A stretch of DNA of 64,000 bases from an uncultured Candidatus Rokubacteria bacterium (GCA_963789955.1 CAWBMV010000012.1:1-64000), one strand, 5' to 3'; counted from the stretch's first letter, positions 22,160 through 32,547 are shown. The notes: generated by a model not told the origin, from the sequence alone. Made by a program: numbers and translations.

Positions 22160-23095
22160 GTGGAAGCCACTGTCTTCGTCCTGATGCTGGTCGCGCTGCT
22201 GATCCTGCTCGTCCTCTACAAGACGGCCGTCGTCGTGCCGCAGCAGAGCGCGTTCGTCGTGGAGCGCCTGGGCCGCTACCAGCGCCACGCTCAACGCCGG
22301 CTTCCACATCCTGGTGCCGTTCGTCGACGTCATCCGCTACCGGCACTCGCTCAAGGAGCAGGCGCTCGACATCCCCGCGCAGGTCTGCATCACGCGCGAC
22401 AACGTCCAGGTGGGCGTGGACGGCATCCTGTACCTCAAGGTGCTCAACCCCGAGCGCGCCTCCTACGGCATCTCGAACTACGTGTTCGCCATCACGCAGC
22501 TGGCGCAGACCACGTTGCGAAGCGAGGTGGGCAAGATCGATCTGGACCGCACGTTCGAGGAACGCGGCACCATCAACGCCGAGGTGGTCGACGCAGTGGA
22601 CAAGGCGTCGGAAGCCTGGGGCGTCAAGGTGCTGCGCTACGAGATCAAGAACATCGAGCCGCCGCAGGACATCCTGGCGGCGATGGAAAAGCAGATGCGC
22701 GCCGAGCGCGAGAAGCGCGCCGCTCATCCTGACGTCCGAGGGCCAGCGCGACGCCGCCATCAACACGGCCGAAGGCGAGAAGCAGCAGGTCATCAAGGCG
22801 TCCGAAGCCAACCGCCAGCAGCAGATCAACGAGGCCGAAGGCCAGGCGTCGGCGATCCGGGCGGTGGCGACCGCCACCGCGCAGGGCATCCGCGAAGTGG
22901 CCGACGCGATTCGGACGGAGGGCGGGCGCGACGCCGTGCAGTTGCGCGTGGCGGAACAGTACGTGGCGCAGTTCGGGAACCTGGCGCGAACGGCGAACGC
23001 CGTGATCATGCCCGCGACGGTCAGCGACGTCGCCGGGAATGATTGCGACCGCGATGCGCGTCTTCGACGCGTCGAGTAGCGGCCCGAAGAAGTAG
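22160..23095 (+). CDS. SPFH/band-7 (stomatin-like, QmcA-type) protein
   Basis: VVPQQSAFVVERLG, CITRDNVQVGVDG, QLAQTTLRSEVG, WGVKVLRYEIK, AMEKQMRAEREKRA. Confidence 0.92.
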
Positions 23096-23115
23096 CCGCG
23101 TGCCCGGCCTGTGAG

Positions 23116-24045
23116 CTAACGCCGGGGCGCCGGCCCGTCGGGTACGACCGTCAGCTGGAGCCGCTTGCGGAACTTGACCGGCTTGCCGTTGAGCGTCGCC
23201 GGCCGATACTCCCAGTTCCTGGCGGCTGATGAGCGCCATGCGGTCGTACTGCGGGGTGAGCGACGTGACCATCGACACCGAGTCCACGGTGCCGGTTTCG
23301 TTGATGACGATGTCGATCGTCGCCACCCCGCTGAGCAGCACCCGGCCCGGGAACGGCGGCACCACCTGTCGAATCGTCTGCGGCGGCACCACGTTCAGAT
23401 CGTCGGCGCCGTAGATCCTGGGCGCCGCCGGAGCGGCGGGGGTGGGCGGTGCCAGCAGCACCGGCTCGGCCGCGGCTGCGGCCGCGGCCTCTGCCGGCGC
23501 CGCGGCCTTGAGCGCCAGCTCGTGGAATCCCGCCGCCAGCACCTTCAGGTCCGACAAGGGCGGCTGGGCCGTCGAGGCGCTGATGTCCGGGTCGGACAGC
23601 CCGCTCATCACTACCTTGAAGCCCTGACGGCCGCACGCGTACTCCTTTGCTTCGAACGCGGCCCGAGCCATCACGTATCGCTGCTGCACGATCGCCGGCA
23701 GGAGCCGTTTGCGCGCGTCGGCCAGTGCCGATCGCATGCGGGGCGGCAGGTCCGTCGTGTCGGGCCGGTACAGCGGGTCGCTCGTGAGCATCGATTCGAT
23801 GACGGCGTAGCTTCGGTGGCGTTGCCCAGAGCCGTCAGGCAGAGGGCGCGGTAGAGGTCGATGCTCTGGAGGTCGGCCTTCGTTGGCGCCGCGCCGGCCA
23901 GCGTCGTCAGCATGGCCAGGGCGGTGTTGTATTCGGCCGCCACATACAGCTCACGTGCCGCGGCCAGGCTGGCTTGCTGCGCCAGGCAGGGCGTGGCGCC
24001 CAGCGCCATGCCGGCGACGACCATCGCGCGAAGAACGTTCGTCAT
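23116..24045 (-). CDS. secreted protein, helical/TPR-like N-terminus, Pro-rich linker, TonB C-terminal domain
   Basis: signal peptide, ARELYVAAEY..AL, GVATIDIVINETGTVDSV...YDRMAL...WEYRPATLNGKPVKFR. Confidence 0.75.
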
Positions 24046-26192
24046 TTCGTCCTCATGTCGACGCTGAGCCTGGCCGGGGCTCCACTGGTGACAATCGCGC
24101 TGGCCTTGCGCTCACCGAACTCGGGATGGCGGAACACGACCTCGTGGACGCCGATCGGCAGCGATGCGCTGCCAATCGGGGTCTCCCCGAGCCGCTCGCC
24201 GTTCACGAACACCTCGGCCCACGGCAGGGCGTTGAGGGCCACTGACCCGCGCGGCCATTCGGGCCTGACCGTGACGACCTGGCCATTGGAAACGTCCACC
24301 GTGCGCGTGGCGCGGAAGCCCAGCGACTCGTTGACCATCTCCAGCTCGTGGCGCCCCACGGGCACCATGAGCCGGTCGGTGCGGCTGCTGCCCAGGAACC
24401 GCTGGTTCTCGTAGATCTGCACCTCTGCGGGCGCCGACACCGCTATCCAGCCCGACACGTTTCCCGACGGCTGACGCTGCATCGGCACCACGAGCGACGC
24501 CGTGGAGCCTGCTTCGATGAGCACCTGTTCGGAGACGCGTTCGGTGTCGGTCTCGAGCAAGACCTGATGCGGCCCCGGCGTGAGCCCGTCGATGACTGTG
24601 GGCGTTCGGCCAAAGGGTTGTCCGTCCACTGTGACGCGCGCCCTCGGAGGGTCCGTGCGCACCTGCAAGCTGCCGGTGCCGCTCGGCGAGGTCTTGGGCA
24701 GATCGAAATGGTGCGACAGCTGGCCGCCGGCCGCCATCGTGACCGGCACGCGGCGGCGCTCGTCCGGCGTGACCAGTTCGAGCATGTGCTCCCCTGGTGC
24801 GAGGCTCAGCTTCAACGGCGTCGCGCCCCGGTTCGACCCGTCCACGAAGACGGTGACGCCTTCGGGATTCGTGTTCACCGACAACGTGCCAGTCGTGACC
24901 GGCGCGGCCGACGAGCCTGGACGCAGAAACGTGACACCGAGCGTCGCGACGATGACTACGGCGGCCGCCCCGGCAAGGGCCCAGGGGTTCTTCCAGATCG
25001 GGGGCGCCGGTGGCGTCCTTCGGCTTGCCGGCTCGGCGGCAGCGGGAGGCGTGACGGTTGCTGTCCTTGCCGGGTAGGCGTGTGCGTCAGGGGCCACCGC
25101 CGGGGGCGCGCGGAATGCGGCGGCAGGCGGCGCCGGCGGAGGAACGACTGCGCGGAGAGCGGGGACTTCGACCGGGGCCGGGGCAACCGTGGTCGCGATC
25201 GGCACGGGGGCGGAAGGCACGGGGGCGGCCGGCGCGGGGGCTCCACCGGCGCCGGCGTCGTCACGCCTGCGAACTCTGCAGAACGGTCCGCCATCGCCAC
25301 CGAGGTGTACTTGGCCAGGAAGGTGCGCAACGACGCCCGCTCGGCCTCCTGGCTGGCGTGGCTGAGCGCAATCTCCAGCTCCTTCTTCGCGCCGATGGCC
25401 GACACGAACGAGTGGCGCGGCTCGAGCTGCAACGCGCTGCGCAGCCACGCCCGCAGCAGCACCGGCAGCGGCTCGAACTGCCCCCGACTCGAGGTTGGTG
25501 TCGACGCATGGTCGACGACGTCGCTGATCCGCCCGGATATTCCTCGACCGTGCAGGCGCCGGCCGAGCACGAGCGCCAGCGCGACGGCGCCGATCTGGGT
25601 CACGTCGGCGAAGAGATCGAACCGCGGCAGACCGAAGGTGTGCGGCAGCGCGATGCCGAGCTCCCGCCAGTAGCGCTCCTGCGAAAAGTGCAGCTCCTCG
25701 AGCGCGGGACCCAGCACGTATTCCACGACCACCAGCCTGCCGTCCTGGGTGAGCACGATGCGCTCGGGCGCGATGGCGCCGTGGCAGGAGTCTGGTGCCG
25801 CTTCGTGAAACGCCGCCACCGCCGACACCAGTTGGCGGATCAGGCACAGCGCGGCGTTCAGTTCGAGGACGATGCCCTGCCGCTCGGCCGTGGCCAGCAC
25901 CTCCGAAAGCCGCACGCCGCGCACGCGGTCCGAGATGACGACGACCGTCGAGGTGCGCGCGTCCAGCCGTTCGACGGTCCGGACCCGCGCGAAGCCTCGT
26001 GGCGGAAGTCGGCCAGGCCGCAGCCTGCTCGCGAAGTGCGGTCTCGAATGTCGAGACGGCGCTCAGCTCGTTGCTGACCTTCAGGACCTCGAGCGATTCG
26101 TTGGCGCCGCCGACGGCCGAGCATCCGCTCGCCGATGCCGTCTTCGAAAACGACGGGCGCCGACTGGCGCGAAGCGAGAGTGCTGGTCCCAT
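24042..26192 (-). CDS. pseudokinase domain, TM, multi-PEGA protein
   Basis: RGVRLSEVL, CHGAIAPERIVLT, ADVTQIGAVAL (kinase fold lacking HRD/DFG), TM LAGAAAVVIVATLGVTFL, repeated PEGA (TNPEGVTVFVDG..GATP, TDPPRARVTVDG..GRTP). Confidence 0.8.
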   Translation of the reverse strand: MGPALSLRASRRPSFSKTASASGCSAVGGANESLEVLKVSNELSAVSTFETALREQAAAWPTSATRLRAGPDRRTAGRAHLDGRRHLGPRARRAAFGGAGHGRAAGHRPRTERRAVPDPPTGVGGGGVSRSGTRLLPRRHRARAHRAHPGRQAGGRGIRAGSRARGAALFAGALLAGARHRAAAHLRSAAVRSLRRRDPDRRRRAGARARPAPARSRNIRADQRRRRPCVDTNLESGAVRAAAGAAAGVAAQRVAARAAPLVRVGHRREEGAGDCAQPRQPGGRAGVVAHLPGQVHLGGDGGPFCRVRRRDDAGAGGAPAPAAPVPSAPVPIATTVAPAPVEVPALRAVVPPPAPPAAAFRAPPAVAPDAHAYPARTATVTPPAAAEPASRRTPPAPPIWKNPWALAGAAAVVIVATLGVTFLRPGSSAAPVTTGTLSVNTNPEGVTVFVDGSNRGATPLKLSLAPGEHMLELVTPDERRRVPVTMAAGGQLSHHFDLPKTSPSGTGSLQVRTDPPRARVTVDGQPFGRTPTVIDGLTPGPHQVLLETDTERVSEQVLIEAGSTASLVVPMQRQPSGNVSGWIAVSAPAEVQIYENQRFLGSSRTDRLMVPVGRHELEMVNESLGFRATRTVDVSNGQVVTVRPEWPRGSVALNALPWAEVFVNGERLGETPIGSASLPIGVHEVVFRHPEFGERKASAIVTSGAPARLSVDMRTK

Positions 26193-26318
26193 GCGCTGCG
26201 TATCGGCACCAGCCGTGGCAGTTCTGCACCGCGCTCTCAGAATTGCACGGGAAATTCGCTTGGCGCCGGTAGTAGTACCAGCTTGTCGTGCAACAGCGAG
26301 AAGCTCAGCTGGACGACT

Positions 26319-26826
26319 TCAGCGCACGGGCCAGTTGCACCAGCCGCTGACCGTGCAGGCGGGCGCGCGTGAGCGGTCGTCCGGTCGGCAGCGCGCCAGC
26401 GGCACGGCGATCAGGCCGGCGCGGAGCGGCGGCGACGAAGACCGCCGGCGCACGAGCCGTCGTCGCCGGCGCGAGCGGCGCCGCCAGCTTGCCGTGCATC
26501 GGCCCCAACGCCGGCAGCGTACGCCACGTAGGCCTCGACCTCGCGGCACGAATCGGGCGGCGTCGCCAGCACGATCACGTCGGCCCACACCGGATCGGCC
26601 GGCCGTGGCGCCACGTAGTCGCGGTTCATCCGATCGAGGCGAGTCGCGCCACGCCGCATCGGCCTCGATGGCGTCGCTGGACGCGTCGTCGGGCAGGCGA
26701 CGCAGGCGGATGTTGCCCTCGGCCTCGATGGCGCCCAGCGCCGGCCGCCAGCGCCAGGCGCTCGGTGCGGCCGTAGCGCGAGTAGAAGACGACGAGGACG
26801 TTGACGGGGTCGGCCATACGGGTCAT
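26319..26826 (-). CDS. WrbA-like flavodoxin-fold protein (divergent)
   Basis: NVLVVFYSRYGRTERLA, NIRLRRLP, WADVIVLATP, GKLAA. Confidence 0.65.
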
Positions 26827-26845
26827 TGGACCTGACCTGGTCCAG

Positions 26846-27563
26846 TCAGGCCAGATCGAACAGCAGCAGCTCTCCGCCGCCGGAGCCGGCGCCGCGATCG
26901 CCAGCGCGCGCTCGTCGCTGACCGCCACGCCGTCGCCGCCGCTCAGCGTCATGCCGTTCACGTCGATCGCGCCCCGGACGCAGTGCACCCACGCGTGACG
27001 GCCGGGCGCGACCGGGAGGTCCATCGACTGGCCCGTCGCCGAGCACCGACGCATACATCCGCGCGTCCTGGATTGATGAACGCCGCCGGCGGCGTGGTGC
27101 CACGGTCGGGCCCGGCCATCAGGCGCAGCACGCCCGCGCTTCTCGGCCTCGGCGTACTCGAACTGCTGGTACGACGGCGCGCAGGCCCTTGGCGCTCGGG
27201 ACGATCCAGATCTGCAGGAAGTGCGTCTCGGCGTCGTTCATGCCGTTGAACTCGCTGTGGATCACCCCGGTGCCGGCCGACATCGCCTGCACCTCGTTCG
27301 GGCCCAGCTCGTGCTGTTCACCCATGCTGTCCTTGTGTGCCAGCTTGCGCCGCTGATGACGTAGGACAGGATCTCCATGTCGCGATGGCCGTGGGCGCCG
27401 AAGCCCTTGCCGGCGCGCCACGCGGTCGTCGTTCAACACGCGCAGCGACCGGAACCCCATGTGGTTCGGGTCGGAGTAGCCGCCGAACGAGAACGTGTGG
27501 TAGCTGCTGAGCCACCCCAGGTCGGTGTGGCCACGGTCTTCGGCCTTACGCAAGCGTCAGCAT
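26846..27563 (-). CDS. pirin family protein (YhhW-like)
   Basis: RGHTDLGWLSSYHTFSF, GFRSLRVLNDD, HKDSMG, QAMSAGTGVIHSEFN, FLQIWI, LLFDLA. Confidence 0.9.
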
Positions 27564-27587
27564 GTGGATCGTCGCTCGTGGTCTTGG

Positions 27588-29001
27588 TCACGTCAGTAGT
27601 CGGTCGTCGTCGGTCAGCGCGGCGGCCGGTGTCTCCGCCGGCTCGATGCGCAGCACGGCGCCCGGGTTCTCGCCGGTCAGCGACGTACAACAGCCCGTCG
27701 GGCCCCTGGCGCACGTCGCGGATGCGCTGCTTCAGCTCGCGCAGCAGCGGCTCGCGCCGAATCTCCTCCCAGCGCTCGTTGAACTCGATGCGCTGCATCT
27801 GGCCGGTGCGCGGAGTCTCGCCTTCGCGCAAGCCGCCGACGAAGAAGTTGCGCCGCCATCCCGGGAACCGGTCGCCCGTGTAGAAGGTGCCGCCGGCCAC
27901 CGCAATCGACGGCACCCACACCACCGCACGGCTGCTCGGTGCCGTCCTTGCCCGGCGTCGGCGAGATCCTGGGCCCCATGTAGTTGCGGCCGTGGCTCAC
28001 GTACGGCCACCCGTAGTTCGCGCCCGGCTTCAGCACGTTGATCTCGTCGCCGCCGTTCGGGCCCATCTCGGTCACCCAGAACTCGCCGGTCTCCGGATTG
28101 AGCGCCATCGAGTGCCCGTTGCGGTGGCCCAGCGTGTAGATGCCCGGCTTGTAGCCGGCCTTGCCCACGAACGGGTTGTCGGGCGGAATCGTGCCGTCGT
28201 CGCGCAGGCGCACCGTCTTGCCGGCGTAGTCGTTCGGATCGGCCGAGCGCAGCACGTCCGGCCCGGTGCCCGACGCGCTGATCGTCATGTACAGCATGCC
28301 GTCACGGCCGAAGCCGATCCGCGACGACTCGGTGCGCGTCGCGCCCGACCGGAAGATGTCGCGCACGTCGGTCAGCGCCGTGCCGTCCCAGGTGCCGCGC
28401 GCCAGCACCGTCTCGCCTTCGACGAGCGGCGCCCCCTGGGCGTGGTGGCGCCGGCCACGGGGAACGGCTTGTGATACGCCAGGTACACCCAGCGGTTCTC
28501 CGCGAAGCGCGGGTGCAGCACCACGTCCATCAGGCCCTGCAGACCCTGCGCGCGCACCTCAGGCACACCGGCCACCGGGGTCGGGTCGAGCACGCCGTTG
28601 CGAATCACGCGCAGCCGGCCGGCGCGTTCGGTCACGAGCATGGTGCCGTCCGGCAGCCAGGTCATGGACCAGGGCTGGTTCAGTCCGGTCGCCACCACCA
28701 CCACGCGGATGTTACGGTGCTGCGGCACCGCCGTCTCGAGCAGGAACGGGCCGGCGCCGAGGGGTGGGTCCGGCCAGTTGATTCCCGGCGGGATGTTGCA
28801 CTCGGCGGCCGGCAGTGCCGGGTTCAGGCACTCGGGCCTGACCGGTCCCCGTCCGGCGCCTTGAGCCCGACCGGCACCGCCTGCGCCGCGCCCCGCGGGC
28901 GACCCCGCCTGTGCGGCCTGCTCCGCGTAGCCCGCCGGCACGCCGGTCAGGACGGCCGCGGCGAGCACGGCGCCCGCGACGGCAGAAACCTGCTGGACCA
29001 T
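27588..29001 (-). CDS. PQQ-dependent sugar dehydrogenase (glucose/sorbosone family)
   Basis: GLNQPWSMTWLPDG, VTERAGRL, GLMDVVLHP, GHRNGH, GPNGGDEIN, GANYGWP, RIRDVRQGPDG. Confidence 0.9.
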
Positions 29002-29089
29002 CTCGTTCCTCCGCACCGAAGTGAAGAGTATACGGTGTGGTGTTCGCGTTGATTGCCAGCCTGCCACGAGGGCTCTTAATCTTAGGAGC

Positions 29090-30253
29090 GTGTCCGAAGC
29101 GGTCGAGGGCAGCCGGGGCGTCTGGAGGTGGCTGCAGCACGGGGCGGAACGGCTGGGAGTGGCCGCCCGGCTGCGTTCGGCCTGGATGCACGATGTGCAG
29201 CGGGAGATCAAGCCGCTGCGCAACGAGTTGCGAAGCGTCGGCCGCGACGTCGCCAGGCTGACCGCCGACGTGGACCGCCTGAGGCGCCAGCTCGCCGACG
29301 TATCGGCCTCGATGGCGGCCATGACCGAACGCCAGCAGAAGCGGGATCGGCAGCTGGCGCAGGCGGCCGCGATCGCGCGTCTCAACGACAAGCAGCGCGA
29401 CCTGATCGAAGGGCTGCCCCAGCTGCTCGACGAGGCCCGCGTGGCCAGCCATACGTCGGCCGCGATCGCACGGGCCGCCGTGCACGACACGCCGTTTCCG
29501 TACATGGTCGTGGACGACGTGCTGCCGCCCGATGTCTATCGCACGCTGCTGCGCGCGATCCCGCCGGTCGAGTTCTTCGGGGACGCCGACCCGATCAAGC
29601 AGAACATCCGCATCCCGTTCGAGTACGGGCCGGCGCTGGCGACCGGCGTGTGGCGGTTCGTGGACGATGCCATCGCGCACCGCACCATCGTGCCGGCCGT
29701 CACCGAGCGCTTCTCACGAGAACTGGAGCGGCACTACCAGTCGCTTTTCGGTGACGCGCTGGCAAAGCGGGCCGCCAGCTTGCCGCAGTCGCCGTCGGGC
29801 GGCCGACTGATGCTGCGACGCCCCGGGTACCGGCTGAATCCGCATCGCGATCCGAAGCGCACCATGCTGACGTGCCTGCTCTACCTGGCCCGGCCAGGCG
29901 ATGACGAAGCGTATGGCACCGAGCTGTATCGCGTGGAGAACGAGCGCGAATCGTCCTACACGCAGACCTACTACCCCGAGCAGGAGGGCTGCCGGTGCGA
30001 GCTCGTCCGCACCGTGCCGTACCGGCCCAACTCGATGCTCGTGTTCCTCAACGGGCGTGGCGCGCACGGCGCACACATCCCGGCCGCGGCTCCCGCCACT
30101 CTCGAGCGCTTCGCCTATCAGTTCTATGTAGGTCCGGGCGGGGACGAACTGTCGGCGCTGATTGCCGAACTGCCGCGCGACAAACGGGACCTGTGGCAGG
30201 ACAAAGGGTCTCCCAAGAAACCGGCGAGCGTTGATGGCGCTCTGCAGAAGTAG
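29090..30253 (+). CDS. 2OG-Fe(II) oxygenase superfamily protein with N-terminal coiled coil
   Basis: PFPYMVVDDVLP, YRLNPHRD (HxD), LLYLA, GTELY, PNSMLVF, GAHG, R in ERFAYQ; intact ORF. Confidence 0.75.
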   Translation: MSEAVEGSRGVWRWLQHGAERLGVAARLRSAWMHDVQREIKPLRNELRSVGRDVARLTADVDRLRRQLADVSASMAAMTERQQKRDRQLAQAAAIARLNDKQRDLIEGLPQLLDEARVASHTSAAIARAAVHDTPFPYMVVDDVLPPDVYRTLLRAIPPVEFFGDADPIKQNIRIPFEYGPALATGVWRFVDDAIAHRTIVPAVTERFSRELERHYQSLFGDALAKRAASLPQSPSGGRLMLRRPGYRLNPHRDPKRTMLTCLLYLARPGDDEAYGTELYRVENERESSYTQTYYPEQEGCRCELVRTVPYRPNSMLVFLNGRGAHGAHIPAAAPATLERFAYQFYVGPGGDELSALIAELPRDKRDLWQDKGSPKKPASVDGALQK

Positions 30254-30393
30254 ACGTTATTGTTGTCCCCATAGCCATACTAGACGAAAACGTCTCGATC
30301 TCCTGATCCCACACGATCGAGCCAGGGGCCGGAAATCCCAGGAAAACCACCGTTCCACGCCGAAGTTCCTGATCCGCGGGGCCGGGCCTGGGC

Positions 30394-30409
30394 TGGCGCC
30401 TCTCTTGCA
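30394..30409 (+). promoter_or_regulatory. sigma54 (-24/-12) promoter
   Basis: TGGCGC-CTCTC-TTGCA, near-consensus with exact spacing. Confidence 0.7.
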
Positions 30410-30576
30410 CATGAGGTGGCAACAACGCGCGCAGGTCTCGTCGGGGCGCGTTGTGTTTGGACAATGGACGGGCACGTTCGCGTGGCGAACCGTGACTCGT
30501 TCGGCAACGGACTCTGGCTCAGGGGGTGTCGGTCGGGTGGCCGCAGCCGTGACCGGACAGTTTCGAGGAGGCGTGT

Positions 30577-31314
30577 GTGACGAATCTACGAAGTGGTGTG
30601 GTCTCAAAGCTGGTGCTCGGCCTTGCGTTGCTCGCGGCGGTCGTAATGGTTCGCCCGGCAGCTGCGCAATCGACGATCTTCAACATTCCAACCACCGACA
30701 CCGTGTCTCCGAAGAAGGGGTACTTCGAGTTCGACTACCTCGTCCAGGCCCCGGCGCCAGACTCGGGCCAATTCCAGATCTTCATGCCGCGCATCGTCGT
30801 GGGCGTCACGCCGATGGTGGAAGCGGGGCTGAACTTCGCCAACACGCACATCGGCGATGGGGGAGGGACCTTCTCGCAGGTGCAGCCGAACATCAAGTTC
30901 AAGTTCTATACGGACGACACGGGCCTGGCGGCCTCTGCCGGGGTGATCTTCTACGCCCCGATGAATCATCGTGACGAATCCGACTCCTTCGGCATGGTCT
31001 ACGGCAACGTCAGCAAGAAAGTCTCGGGCGACTACGGGCCGCGCTTCACGGGCGGCATCTACGGGTCGTTCTCGTATGGGGACGACAACACCGCGGGCGC
31101 CATCATTGGCTACGAACAGCCCGTCGGCGGCGGCGTGAGCATCGTGGCTGACTGGTTCAGCGGCAAGAGCTTCTGGGGCTACTTCACCCCGGGCATCTCC
31201 ATCGTGCTGCCGCGCAGCGGCCTGCTGAACATCGGCTACAGCCTCGGCAACGACAGCTACGACGGCAACAAGAACCGCGCGCTGTTCGTCTACTACGGCA
31301 TCACCTTCCCCTAG
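30577..31314 (+). CDS. putative outer-membrane beta-barrel protein
   Basis: signal peptide (AAA|Q), alternating aromatic/Gly strands, C-terminal FVYYGITFP; strong RBS GAGGAGG. Confidence 0.7.
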   Translation: MTNLRSGVVSKLVLGLALLAAVVMVRPAAAQSTIFNIPTTDTVSPKKGYFEFDYLVQAPAPDSGQFQIFMPRIVVGVTPMVEAGLNFANTHIGDGGGTFSQVQPNIKFKFYTDDTGLAASAGVIFYAPMNHRDESDSFGMVYGNVSKKVSGDYGPRFTGGIYGSFSYGDDNTAGAIIGYEQPVGGGVSIVADWFSGKSFWGYFTPGISIVLPRSGLLNIGYSLGNDSYDGNKNRALFVYYGITFP

Positions 31315-31316
31315 AG

Positions 31317-31408
31317 CAGTTCTCGGTTCTCAGTCGTCGGTTGTCAGTAGTTATCAGCTGGAATTGGGGTCGTATTTTCCGAGAACCGACAACTGACAAC
31401 TGAAAACC
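31317..31408. repeat. heptamer-repeat inverted repeat element
   Basis: CTCGGTT CTCAGTC GTCGGTT GTCAGTA, core GGAATTGGGGTCGTATTTTCC, then GAGAACC GACAACT GACAACT GAAAACC. Confidence 0.7.
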
Positions 31409-31412
31409 CTGG

Positions 31413-31443
31413 CACACCGGTCACGACCGCCGTGACCGGTGTG
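31413..31443. terminator. 13-bp perfect hairpin between convergent genes
   Basis: CACACCGGTCACG-ACCGC-CGTGACCGGTGTG. Confidence 0.6.
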
Positions 31444-31552
31444 TGCTGTACGGGCGCTCCTGGCGTCAGGCACGCGAAACATGGGCACTACGTATTTGTC
31501 ACATCTCGACAGGAGGACAACGTTTCAGTAGTTCAGCCCAGACGGGCATCCC

Positions 31553-32438
31553 TTAGCGACCGCGCAGCCCTTCGGTCAGCTCGATCACGGTGCCCCACGG
31601 ATCGGTGAGGACCGCGGTGGCCAGATTCCCGAATTCTGGACGCCGCCCGTACGGCACCGTCAGCCTCACGCCTTTCGCCTCCAGGCGCTTGCCGAACTCC
31701 TCGAGGTTCTTCACGTCGAACCCCGCGCGATCCATCACGCGGCCCGCGGTGGTCGCGTGCGTCACGGACTGGTCTCCTTCCCACCTGAAGAAGTTCAGGC
31801 TGTAGCCCACGCCCGGCAGGTCGGCTCCGATGAAGAAGTCCGTCTGCCCTGGACGCAGGGCGGCGTCGAACACGCTTCATGTACCACTGCTGCATCTCGA
31901 CGTACTGCTTGTTGATGAAGTGGATGTGGTGATACGCGATGGGCGGCGCGCTGGGGCCGGCGGCGGTCACGAGTTCGACTTTCGCGCCATCCGGGCCCGA
32001 GCAGATACGAGAAGCGCCCGTAGGGTGCCTGCGTGCCGGTGGCAGCCGCCGCCTCCTGCCCGGGCACGGGCTCACGGCCGGTGGTCAACCGGTATCCCGC
32101 TGCCACGACCCTGGTCGTCACCGCCGGCACGTCCGGCACGGCGAGACCGATGTGATCGAACGCCGTCCCGCGGGTTCGGCACCGGTCGGCTTCTGTTGGC
32201 GAAGGAAGATGTCGATGTCTGGGAACTGCACGACGTCGAGACCGTACAGCCTCGTCGCCGTGCCCCCGAGCGTATCGACCCAGAACTTCTTGTGGGCGTC
32301 GATGCTGGTCACGTTCAGGTGAAAGTGGCCCACCACCACCGGCGCCGTCTTGTTCGACGTCTGCGCCAGCCCGCGGGGCAGCCGCCGTCAGACTGGGCCA
32401 GACCTGCAGGCACGCAAACCGAGCCCCCACCTCCTCAT
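31553..32438 (-). CDS. secreted VOC (glyoxalase/bleomycin resistance) family protein, two domains
   Basis: GHFHLNVTSIDAHKKFW, FDHIGLAVPD, PDGAKVEL, YHHIHF, GFDVKNL, TDPWGTVIELTE. Confidence 0.8.
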
Positions 32439-32453
32439 GATGCCCCGTCCGAC

Positions 32454-32488
32454 TTTGTGAATTGTGACTTGTGACTTGTGACTTGTAT
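32454..32488. repeat. heptamer tandem repeat (nTTGTGA x5) in a divergent promoter region
   Basis: tttgtga attgtga cttgtga cttgtga cttgtat. Confidence 0.8.
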
Positions 32489-32547
32489 CATGTCGCCGGC
32501 GCGGCCAGCGGCACGGAGCGCCGCGCACCTGAGAGGATCACAACCGC

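Noticed and set aside
21795..23009. Long antisense ORFs (also 38923-40218, 47631-49103, 24348-25673 and similar)
   Set aside because: Shadow frames opposite well-supported genes, expected in high-GC DNA; no recognisable motifs
26195..26215. sigma54 promoter for the pseudokinase gene (TGGTGCCGATACGCA on minus strand)
   Set aside because: GG-to-GC spacing is one base short and the site is too close to the start codon
30470..30515. ANTAR-type dual-hairpin motif (CAATGG / CAACGG) in the porin leader
   Set aside because: The closing stems around the hexamers do not pair convincingly
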